Source: Longimicrobiales bacterium (lineage in GTDB: Bacteria; Gemmatimonadota; Gemmatimonadetes; Longimicrobiales; Gaopeijiaceae). From it: a stretch of 64,000 nucleotides of DNA. Below the pieces are notes generated by a model. The model did not search any database. It worked only from the letters and a program-made list of their open reading frames with translations, and had not been told where the DNA came from. The stretch covers positions 1,248,001 through 1,312,000 of the forward strand of contig CBDFMQ010000002.1 of assembly GCA_965249725.1 (NCBI GenBank), written 5' to 3'. The translations under genes were made by a program, and so were the position numbers. This document shows positions 55,775 through 64,000 of this stretch, in pieces; within the stretch, counting starts at the first letter, position 1, and each line of letters starts with the position of its first letter.

Positions 55775-57313
55775 TCATGCTAATGGAACGGCCTGACCGG
55801 CCTGCACGTAGGCGTGCTCGTAGGCCGCCAGACCCAGGAGACCGAGAACCACTACGCCCCCGCCAATCCATGGTGCGAACAACCCGGCCAAGGACAGGAT
55901 GGTCCCCGCCCAGAACCATCGGCTGAACCGTCCGCGGGTCATCTCCACGACCGCCAACCGCGCGTGGGCACTGACATGGGGGAGCGTGACTTCGCCCAAG
56001 ATCATGAGAAGGTGCACGGCCGCAGCGCCCGCAAAACACACACGGAGTACGTTGGCTGCGGCCCCATCCCAAATCGGGGCCAACAAGGACAAGACTCCTG
56101 CCCCCGCCATCACGCACTGGACCAGGAGATGCGGTGGCAGGAGAGGGTTCTGCCACAGGTCGCGAGCCTTGGCCTGAGCGAACAGGTAAGCCGTGTAGAT
56201 GGCGGTCATGGCCGCGAGAGGCCCTCCTGCCCAGGCAAGGCGTCCCGTCAGGCCTATACGGCCGGTAATCTCGGCACCAAGGTGGAGGACGAGCACCGCC
56301 CCGTAGCCGCTGATGATGACACCGCCCCGGACCAGCCAACTTCGCCACTGCGGGCGGGTGAAGATCATGTAGAACCGCTCGGGATGCTCGAGATCCCAAA
56401 TGAGCAGCACCCCCGTCACCGCCAGGAAGGCCAGCCCCACCACCGGGGCGCCGAACGTCCACAGCGAGCTGGTCCCGGAGAGCACCCCGGCCAGAATGAG
56501 CAGCAACGGCACGAGGTATGCACCCGCGGCGACCGACTTGGTCCACGTATAGAAGCTCACCCGCCAATCCCAGGGAGCCCTGTGCAGTACATCGTAGGAC
56601 AGAACGGCCGCGGCCGAGCTGTTCCAGGGGCCCGGGTGCCCCGAGGGGACCTGGTGCGGGACGTTTCCCTGTTCACTCCACATGAACAAGCCGCCATCGG
56701 GCCTTCGGGCGGCCAGGGGATCGAGGGTGACCTGATCCGCACCCTTGTAGTAGAGCTTCGGCAGGGTCTCCTTCTCGGGACGCCGCACCGTGACGGCGTC
56801 TCGATTCACGATCTGGTTGACCGCCGAGGTCGGGTCGGTGAGATCGCCCACCAGCAGCGCCTGTGTGGGGCAGACCACCACGCAGGCGGGCTCCAGGCCC
56901 ATGTCGATGCGGTGAGCGCAGAAGTTGCACTTCTCCGCCGAATGGTCCACGGGGTTGATGAAGATGGCGTCGTACGGGCAGGCAGCCATGCACGCCTTGC
57001 AGCCGATGCATATCGACTTGTCGAAGTCGACGATGCCGTCCGGACGCGCGTGCATGGCCGAAGTCGGACAGGCCGTCACGCAGGGCGCGTTGGCGCACTG
57101 GTTGCACCGAGTGACCTGAAAGGAGCGCCGGGTCTGGGGATACTGCCCCACGTCGACGTACTTCACATAAGTGCGGGTCACGGACAGCGGGACTTCGTTC
57201 TCCGACTTGCACGCCGTGGTGCAGGCGTGACAACCGATGCAGCGGGTGTGATCCACGACTTTCGCCCATTGGGGCGCGTCGGTCTTGGGGGCCGACAGCG
57301 TGTGGGTCTCCAT
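55775..57313 (-). CDS. Four-cluster FeS protein (DmsB/NrfC type) fused to NrfD/PsrC membrane anchor
   Basis: CIGCHACTTAC, CNQCANAPCVTACP, CIGCKACMAACP, CNFC...PACVVVCP; then multi-TM with DLEHPERF, SWLVRG, QAGQ. Confidence 0.93.
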   Translation of the reverse strand: METHTLSAPKTDAPQWAKVVDHTRCIGCHACTTACKSENEVPLSVTRTYVKYVDVGQYPQTRRSFQVTRCNQCANAPCVTACPTSAMHARPDGIVDFDKSICIGCKACMAACPYDAIFINPVDHSAEKCNFCAHRIDMGLEPACVVVCPTQALLVGDLTDPTSAVNQIVNRDAVTVRRPEKETLPKLYYKGADQVTLDPLAARRPDGGLFMWSEQGNVPHQVPSGHPGPWNSSAAAVLSYDVLHRAPWDWRVSFYTWTKSVAAGAYLVPLLLILAGVLSGTSSLWTFGAPVVGLAFLAVTGVLLIWDLEHPERFYMIFTRPQWRSWLVRGGVIISGYGAVLVLHLGAEITGRIGLTGRLAWAGGPLAAMTAIYTAYLFAQAKARDLWQNPLLPPHLLVQCVMAGAGVLSLLAPIWDGAAANVLRVCFAGAAAVHLLMILGEVTLPHVSAHARLAVVEMTRGRFSRWFWAGTILSLAGLFAPWIGGGVVVLGLLGLAAYEHAYVQAGQAVPLA

Positions 57314-57463
57314 GTCGCTCCGGATCGGGTAGACGGTCTAGAAGCCCGGCGAGGGAGGCAAGCGCGTCACCCCCGCAGGCGGCGCATCATAAGCAAACGT
57401 CCTGCCGACGTACAGGTAAGGGAGTGGAGCGTGCCGTAGGCGCAGAACGGCCTCACCGCAGGA

Positions 57464-58813
57464 TCAGAAGCGGTTGTTCACCACGTTGTTGAAGATGGAG
57501 CCGAACTGATAGCTGAAACCGGCCCGAATATTGAACTCGTAGTCGCTCGCCCGTTCACGTCGACGTAGCAGAATCTCCTCGTCGGTCAGCCCCCCTAGGC
57601 GGAGGAAGATCTGATCTCGAATCCGCTCCCAACTGCCACCGGTGTTGAACCGAAGGCCTCGGAATACCCGAATACTCACATTGCCGTTCAGCTCGATACG
57701 GTTCTGTTCCAGGTCGTCGAGAAAGGACGAAGCCTCCAGAGCCAACCAGGAGTCGCCCCACGTCTGACGCTGGAAGAGCCTCGCCTCGAGACTCTGCCCA
57801 GGGCGCGTCTCGGTCAGCTTGCGGAACTCGGTCTCCTCTTCCCAGTCGAAATACTGGACGTTTACTCGGTAGGTCATGGTCAGCGACCGCCGAGGGGCCT
57901 CCTCGTAGGGCCAGAAGCTGTACTCGATTCCCGGTCCGACTTCCAAGCCGAGGTCCTGATTCGATCTGGTGGACGCGCTGGCCTCCGATTCGAATGCTAC
58001 CGACCAGTGATCGGCCAATGCATAGACGATCTCTTGATTCAGGTTCCAGTTGTCACGCGTGTCCACAACCGTAGAACTGTCGCTCAGCTGGAGTTCCTCT
58101 CGTGAGTAACTGCCAAAACCGCTGAAGCGGAACTTCCAAGTGGGCGTGGTTCGACTCGCGGATAGATTGCCCCGGATCCTCGCTTCGTTCTCAGAAGACT
58201 CCTCGTCGTAGTTCCCGTTCAGGCCGACGTTGAATACCCAAAAATCCCAAGGATCCTCAACCTCGTCGCCTGTCACTAGCCGATCCGTGAGGTCTCGCGA
58301 CTCACCCGAACGCTGCACCTCCAGCCCCTCCCCGCTTCCCGCCAACACCGAATAGCGGGCCAGTCCGATGGCGAGAACCTGAGAGATGCCCCTCAGGTTC
58401 TCCTCGGACGTATCCGACCCCAACGACGCGTAGACGAGATTGTCGTCCAGTCCCTCGAGTTCCTGGAGCCCGATAAAGTCGAAACCGTACTCCCTGCCGC
58501 CGCTAGCGTTCGTTTGGCTGGTCATGATGAGATGGACCTGCCCGAGCGTACGGTCCCGGACCCAGTTCACCCAATCGATCTCGGTCCGATAGTAGCTCGA
58601 GTTGCAGATGCGACCCGAGCAATCGAAGAAGACGCGGAGGGCCCCCTGATTGGGGGCGACCTCAGAATCGGCCGCCTCTTGGGCCCGGCTCGCCCAGGGT
58701 GCCAGTAGAAGAACTGCCGCGGTGCCTGCGCCGAGGATAGCGCCCCGCAACAGCCGAGACCTCTTGGGGCCTCTACGCATCACAGTGCTCACAGGTCCGT
58801 CGATCATCCCCAT
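57464..58813 (-). CDS. Putative outer-membrane beta-barrel protein
   Basis: Signal peptide, alternating strands, ends SYQFGSIFNNVVNNRF. Confidence 0.72.
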   Translation of the reverse strand: MGMIDGPVSTVMRRGPKRSRLLRGAILGAGTAAVLLLAPWASRAQEAADSEVAPNQGALRVFFDCSGRICNSSYYRTEIDWVNWVRDRTLGQVHLIMTSQTNASGGREYGFDFIGLQELEGLDDNLVYASLGSDTSEENLRGISQVLAIGLARYSVLAGSGEGLEVQRSGESRDLTDRLVTGDEVEDPWDFWVFNVGLNGNYDEESSENEARIRGNLSASRTTPTWKFRFSGFGSYSREELQLSDSSTVVDTRDNWNLNQEIVYALADHWSVAFESEASASTRSNQDLGLEVGPGIEYSFWPYEEAPRRSLTMTYRVNVQYFDWEEETEFRKLTETRPGQSLEARLFQRQTWGDSWLALEASSFLDDLEQNRIELNGNVSIRVFRGLRFNTGGSWERIRDQIFLRLGGLTDEEILLRRRERASDYEFNIRAGFSYQFGSIFNNVVNNRF

Positions 58814-58965
58814 CCCAGTCTATTGTTCAGCCCCGGCCCCGGAGGCTCTATACGACATGGTCGCCTGCTCAGCCACACTTCAACTGCCTACCAAGTGGAC
58901 ACGGTCACGGTTCTGAACGTTGGAGTCTTCCTCGATCGCCGCACCGGCCGAGTGTCCACCGACCA

Positions 58966-61900
58966 CTACTCGGGCTGGGGCGTGAGTCCGCCGGTGGACC
59001 CCAAAGTACCCGGTCTGACCCGCTCGGAGCGGACACCCACCGGCTGCGGCACCGGCACCGGTCCGGCCGGAACAACCGTCGTCCGCTCACCCTCCGGGTG
59101 TTGATCGGCCGCTTTCGCCTCAGCCTCGGCCTCAGCTTCTTCGTCGAGCACGTGCGTATAGTGCCGTTTGAAGAAGTCCGTCACGTCATCGACGATAGAA
59201 TACAAGACCGGCACCAGGACCAAGGTCAGGAAGGTCGCGAACAGAATCCCGACGATGACGGCAATGGCCATCGGTCCCCACCAGGCCGCCTGTTCACCAC
59301 CCCAATAGAGCTCGGGCTGGAGAGTCGTATAGAGCCCGAAGAAGTCGAAGTTCAGCCCGATGGCCAACGGGACCAGGCCGAGAGCGGTCGTGATCGCCGT
59401 CAGGACCACGGGCCTGAATCGAACGTGGCCACCCCGGACGAGCGCCTCGTGCCGGTCCATCCCGTCCCTGGTCCGCAGCGTGTCGATGTAATCGATGAGG
59501 ATGATGGCGTTGTTCACCACGATCCCGGCGAGCGAGATGATTCCGACCCCCGTCATGATGATGCCGAAGGGCATGCGGAACACCATGAGCCCCAGGAAGA
59601 CGCCAGCCGTCGACATGAAGACCGACGTCAGGATGATCACCGGCTTGACCACCGAGTTGAATTGGGTCACCAGGATGAGCCCAATGAGCATGATCGCGCC
59701 CAGGAACGCATTCTGGAGGAAGGCGGCGGCCTCATCCTGATTCTGTGACTGCCCCGTGTATTGCAGCCGGTACCCGACGGGCAGTTCGGTGGCAGCGAAG
59801 TCGTCCAAGACCTGGCGCACCTGGCCCAGAACGGCATTGCTGTTCAGCCCGGCACGTACATCCGAGCTGATGGTGGCCATTCGCGTCTGGTCCTTCCGAC
59901 GAATGCTGCCGTAGCCGTCGTTGACCTCCCAGTCCGCAACGGATAGCAGCGGAATCTGGGTGCCCTCGTTCATGACGGTGAGGTCCCGCAGGGACTCGAG
60001 CTCGCCGCGGTACTCCTCGGCCAGACGAACCACGATGTCATACTCGTCGTTCCCCGTCCGGTACTTCGCCGCCTCGATGCCCTGGATCGCACCCCGAATC
60101 GCCATCCCGACATCGCGGCTGGAGACTCCATAGAGTGCGGCCTTCTCGCGATCCACCGACACGGAGAGCTCCGGTCGGGCCTCGTCCAGGTCACTCTCTA
60201 AGCCCACCAGCTGTGCGTAGACCGGGTCGTTCTGAAGAATGGTCAGGACTCGATCGGACAGGTCCTTCAGGGTCGCGGGGTCCTCTCCGATGATCTCGAT
60301 GTTCACGGGAGCTCCCCCAGAGGGGCCCTCTTCCATCTGTTCGACCGTGATCTCCGCTCCGGCGATATCCGTTCCCAGTGATGCCTGCATGGCACCCAAC
60401 AGGTCGAACGCATCGAACTCCTGGTCGGCGAACTCGACCATGCTGACCGTCACCCGACCTGCGTCCGGGCCGGAGGCCCCTCCGCCCATCATCGCCGAGG
60501 CACCGCCGCCACCGACCGTGGCCACCACGGACTTGGCATCAGAGATGCCCGGAACGGTCAGGATTTCTGCTTCCAGCCGCCGGGCGATCACATCCGTGGC
60601 CTCGGCACGACTCCCCACGGGAAGATCGATGTCCACCAGGATCTCTTTCGGCGGCATGTCCTCGGGGAAATACTCGACCCCCGCATTGAAGCGGCCGAAC
60701 AACATCAGAGTCACCGCCAGCCCCGCCAGGGAGCCGAAGACCACTACGGCCCGGTGACCGAGCGCCCAGCGCAACGTGGCCTCGTACAGCACCAGGTTCC
60801 GGGGCAGCCAGGACTGCTGGAACCGCTCGGCGATCCGCGCGATGACGAAGTGGTTCAAAGCCCACAAGAACGCCACGGTCGCAGCGAGCAGCACGGCCGT
60901 CAGCAGATTCTGGGTGGCGAAGATCAACAGGACCAACGCCGCGCCCCCCAGGAGGGTCCAGCGCGTCGCCGGGGTCATGGGCGGCGCCGGATCGTCTTCG
61001 AGGCGAAGGAACATCGCACAGAGTACCGGCACGATCACCAACGCCACGAAGAGCGAGCTCGACAGGGCGATGATCAAGGTGGACGGCATGAACTTCATGA
61101 ATTCGCCCACCTGTCCCGGCCAGAACAGGAGGGGCGCGAAGGCCGCCAGCGTGGTCAGCGTCGCCGCGATAACGGGCATGGCCACTTCGCCGGTGGCCTT
61201 CTTGGCCGCTACCCGACGGTCCCAACCCTCTTCCACGTATCGGTAGATGTTCTCCACGACGACGATGGCGTTGTCCACCAGCATGCCCAACGCCAGGATC
61301 AACGAGAACAGCACGACCATGTTCAGGGTCGTGCCCGTCAGTTGAAGGATGACGAATGAGAGTAGCATGGAGGTCGGGATCGAAATGGCCACGAACACCG
61401 AATTCCCCGCCCCGAGGAAGAACAGCAGCACCGCGATGATGAGAATGAGCCCTGAGATGATGTTGTTCTCGAGGCTGCTCACCATGTCGGCGATCTGCAC
61501 CGACTGATCGGACGTGATCTTCACGACGGTGGTGGGCGGAAACTCAGCTTCCATCTCTAGGATGGCTTCCTTTACCAGCTCGGCCGTCTGGATGATGTTC
61601 TCGCCCGAGCGCTTCACCACATCCAGAGTCACGACCGGAGATCGATCGAGGCGGGCAAAGCTCTCACGCTCCTTGAAACCGAACTCCACATCGGCAACGT
61701 CACGTACGTAGATGGGACTGTCACCCTTGGTCATCACCACGATATCCTCGATGACCTGCGGGTCGTCGAATTCGCCATCGACCCGGACCAAGTACTTGAG
61801 AGCACCGACGTCGATGGACCCGCCGGGGATGTTGACGTTTTCGTTGGCAACGGCTTCGATGACGTCTTGGATGGCCAGTCCGTAGAACTGGAGGCGATCG

Positions 61901-62544
61901 AGATGTACGTCGACCTTCACCTCTCTCTCCAGACCCCCTCGGACATCGGCGCGGAGCACGGACGGGATCTGTTCCAGACGGTCTTGAAGGTCTTCGGCGA
62001 TCTCCTTGAGCCGGACGACGCCATACTCACCGGAGAGGTTCACCTGCATGACCGGGAACTCGGAGAAGTCGAACTCCATGATCGTGGGATCTTCCGCCTC
62101 GGCCGGTAGGTCCGGCTTGGCCAGATCTACCTTCTCACGGACCTTCTGGAGTGCCTCTTCCAGGTTTACCGTCGTCTCGAACTCGGCGACGATGCTGGAG
62201 TACCCCTCCACCGACGTCGACGTGAGTTCCTTGACGTCCGAGATCGTGGACAACTCATCCTCGAGGGGACGGGTCACGAGGCTCTCGATGTCGGCCGGGG
62301 AGACCCCGACATACATCGTATTCACCGCGATCATCGGAATCTCGATCTCCGGGAACGACTCCCGCGGAATCGCCCGATATGCCAAGAGACCGGCTACCAC
62401 GATGAACGTCAGAAGCACCAAGACGCTCGTTTGGTGATCCACGGCGACGCTCGTGGCCTTGAATTCCTTGAAGCGGGCCAGGAACCCGGCATCTCGTCGC
62501 GGGTCCATGTCTTCCCCCCTAGATCCGTCCGTTGGTTTGATCAT
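58966..62544 (-). CDS. RND efflux permease (AcrB-like)
   Basis: FPEIEIP, GMLVDNAIVVVENI, GIVVNNAIILID, RFRPVVLT. Confidence 0.95.
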   Translation of the reverse strand: MIKPTDGSRGEDMDPRRDAGFLARFKEFKATSVAVDHQTSVLVLLTFIVVAGLLAYRAIPRESFPEIEIPMIAVNTMYVGVSPADIESLVTRPLEDELSTISDVKELTSTSVEGYSSIVAEFETTVNLEEALQKVREKVDLAKPDLPAEAEDPTIMEFDFSEFPVMQVNLSGEYGVVRLKEIAEDLQDRLEQIPSVLRADVRGGLEREVKVDVHLDRLQFYGLAIQDVIEAVANENVNIPGGSIDVGALKYLVRVDGEFDDPQVIEDIVVMTKGDSPIYVRDVADVEFGFKERESFARLDRSPVVTLDVVKRSGENIIQTAELVKEAILEMEAEFPPTTVVKITSDQSVQIADMVSSLENNIISGLILIIAVLLFFLGAGNSVFVAISIPTSMLLSFVILQLTGTTLNMVVLFSLILALGMLVDNAIVVVENIYRYVEEGWDRRVAAKKATGEVAMPVIAATLTTLAAFAPLLFWPGQVGEFMKFMPSTLIIALSSSLFVALVIVPVLCAMFLRLEDDPAPPMTPATRWTLLGGAALVLLIFATQNLLTAVLLAATVAFLWALNHFVIARIAERFQQSWLPRNLVLYEATLRWALGHRAVVVFGSLAGLAVTLMLFGRFNAGVEYFPEDMPPKEILVDIDLPVGSRAEATDVIARRLEAEILTVPGISDAKSVVATVGGGGASAMMGGGASGPDAGRVTVSMVEFADQEFDAFDLLGAMQASLGTDIAGAEITVEQMEEGPSGGAPVNIEIIGEDPATLKDLSDRVLTILQNDPVYAQLVGLESDLDEARPELSVSVDREKAALYGVSSRDVGMAIRGAIQGIEAAKYRTGNDEYDIVVRLAEEYRGELESLRDLTVMNEGTQIPLLSVADWEVNDGYGSIRRKDQTRMATISSDVRAGLNSNAVLGQVRQVLDDFAATELPVGYRLQYTGQSQNQDEAAAFLQNAFLGAIMLIGLILVTQFNSVVKPVIILTSVFMSTAGVFLGLMVFRMPFGIIMTGVGIISLAGIVVNNAIILIDYIDTLRTRDGMDRHEALVRGGHVRFRPVVLTAITTALGLVPLAIGLNFDFFGLYTTLQPELYWGGEQAAWWGPMAIAVIVGILFATFLTLVLVPVLYSIVDDVTDFFKRHYTHVLDEEAEAEAEAKAADQHPEGERTTVVPAGPVPVPQPVGVRSERVRPGTLGSTGGLTPQPE

Positions 62545-62557
62545 GTCAGTCTCGTCC

Positions 62558-63640
62558 TCACCTCGTCCCGACCACGGTCACGCGATCGCCTGCCGATACT
62601 TGTTGTTGGCCAACCACGATGAGGCGATCTCCGGCTTCCAGACCGCTCTCGATGACCACCCCGTTCTGTTGGCTCGCGCCGGTCTCCACACTCCTGGACA
62701 CCACCGTAGACTCCTCCCCGCTTCCCTCGACCACGAAGACCCTATATCCAGCCTCGACCCGCACGAGGGCCTCCTGGGGGACCACGACGGCATCTGCCAA
62801 GACTCGTCTCACAACCGATACGTTCGCGACCATCTGCGGCTTGACCGTCCCGTTCGGGTTGGGCATCTCCAACTCGATGGGGAACGTGCGGTTCCTCGGA
62901 TCGACGGTCGCGCCGACGTAGCTGAGCACGCCCGCCTTTGAGAGGTCCAACACGTCGAAGAACACGGTCGCCACGGCGCCAACCGCAACGTCGGCTGCAT
63001 ATCGCTCCGGCACGCCCGCCACCACCTTGATCGGGTCGCGCGTGACGACACGAGCAACCTGGGTCCCGACGCTGACCATCGTTCCGACCTCTACCATCCG
63101 CGATTCGAGCACACCGGCGATGGGGGCTCGGATCACCGTCTGACCCAGGCGTGTCTGGAGGAGGGCCAAACGGGCAGCCGCCTGTTCTGCGTTGTACTTC
63201 GCCTCGAGGTACGCGAGCTCAGAGCCGACCTGATCATCTTCATAGAGGCGCTTACGACGCTCCCAGGTCTCGTTCGCCAGCGCGGCCTGCGCTGCGGACT
63301 CCTCCACTTGGCTCTTGAGGATCTCGTCATCGATCCGGAAGAGGGGCTGGCCGGCTTTCACCTCAGTCCCTTTGTCCACGAGTATCCGTCGAATGACGCC
63401 GGACTCCTCGGCGGAGATCGTCACGTCTTGATCGGCCAGCACGATACCGGTGAGGCGGATGATCTCTACGAACTCGCCGCTCACGACGGTCTGTGTCTCC
63501 ACGTTGATGACCCGTGCCGTTCCTTCGATCAGCACTCCGTCGTTCCCGCTATCCACGGCCTCTGCGTCACCGCCGCATGAAGCGACAACAGCGAAGAGTG
63601 CCACCATCAGGCCGCCTCGGACCCTGGTTCGTATCGTCAT
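62558..63640 (-). CDS. RND periplasmic adaptor subunit
   Basis: Lipobox-like VASC, IRAPIAG, VPQEAL, GLEAGDRLIV; start ATG 63640. Confidence 0.93.
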   Translation of the reverse strand: MTIRTRVRGGLMVALFAVVASCGGDAEAVDSGNDGVLIEGTARVINVETQTVVSGEFVEIIRLTGIVLADQDVTISAEESGVIRRILVDKGTEVKAGQPLFRIDDEILKSQVEESAAQAALANETWERRKRLYEDDQVGSELAYLEAKYNAEQAAARLALLQTRLGQTVIRAPIAGVLESRMVEVGTMVSVGTQVARVVTRDPIKVVAGVPERYAADVAVGAVATVFFDVLDLSKAGVLSYVGATVDPRNRTFPIELEMPNPNGTVKPQMVANVSVVRRVLADAVVVPQEALVRVEAGYRVFVVEGSGEESTVVSRSVETGASQQNGVVIESGLEAGDRLIVVGQQQVSAGDRVTVVGTR

Positions 63641-63660
63641 TGCTCCCCGTGCCTCCCTTA

Positions 63661-64000
63661 TCACTGTATGCGGCCCGAAGCGCCATCGGAGTCAACCAGC
63701 GGAACGTATCCCACCGCCTGGTCCAGATTCGCCTGAGCCACCAAGAAATCGTAAACCGCCTGAGCGTAGTTGAATTCGCTCTGCCTGAGCGCTACCTCCG
63801 AGTCCGTCAACTCGAGCTGACTGCTCAGCCCTTCCCTGTACTGCGCGCTCGCAATGCCGAAGCCCCGCTGTGCCTGCCTGACGGCCGACCCCTGGGCTTT
63901 GGCTCGCTCCCGAGCTTCTCCCACCTGATCCCAGAGCGTCTTCACCTCACTCTCGGCCCTCGACCGGGCCAGGCGGGTCTGCGCCTGTGCCTGCCGCAGG
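63661..64000 (-). CDS. TolC-family protein, C-terminal part (runs off the window end)
   Basis: QYREGLSSQLELTD...LDQAVG; frame open to the window edge. Confidence 0.88.
   Translation of the reverse strand, partial: LRQAQAQTRLARSRAESEVKTLWDQVGEARERAKAQGSAVRQAQRGFGIASAQYREGLSSQLELTDSEVALRQSEFNYAQAVYDFLVAQANLDQAVGYVPLVDSDGASGRIQ

Noticed and set aside
1..64000. Prophage, IS, integron, tRNA or rRNA
   Set aside because: No integrase, transposase, phage structural gene or structural RNA recognised by eye; an Infernal/tRNAscan run would be needed to exclude small RNAs

Overview
GC-rich bacterial chromosomal window, gene-dense and mostly on the minus strand; the gene repertoire suggests Gemmatimonadota (inference, not tested). 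It holds: a housekeeping block (secD-secF-tatD-mutL-miaA-bshA-uppP-birA); a porin; a REC-GGDEF cyclase paired with a PilB/GspE-type ATPase that carries a C-terminal receiver domain; an ECF sigma / anti-sigma / two HEAT-repeat operon; an SCO + YtkA-like pair; a TolC-MFP-two ABC ATPase locus with no permease, followed by a sigma54 activator and sensor kinase; an orphan BlaI repressor; a divergent stand-alone MurB; an M16 peptidase fused to a membrane module; many small enzymes; a Tat-less molybdopterin oxidoreductase operon (FeS-NrfD fusion, Mo subunit, TorD-type chaperone, SulP); and an RND efflux operon cut by the window edge. Signals hidden from the ORF track: (1) an AhpD/CMD peroxidase read through an in-frame UGA in a CxxU motif with a SECIS-like hairpin (probable selenoprotein); (2) a recurring 25-bp symmetric motif plus a GTGTCC-N7-GGACAC-type box at identical spacing in two promoters of the efflux locus; (3) a symmetric operator upstream of blaI; (4) a 59-aa DUF1272 gene; (5) several perfect tandem repeats. 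No rRNA, tRNA, CRISPR array, transposase or integrase was recognised. All family assignments come from motif recognition by eye; no searches were run.
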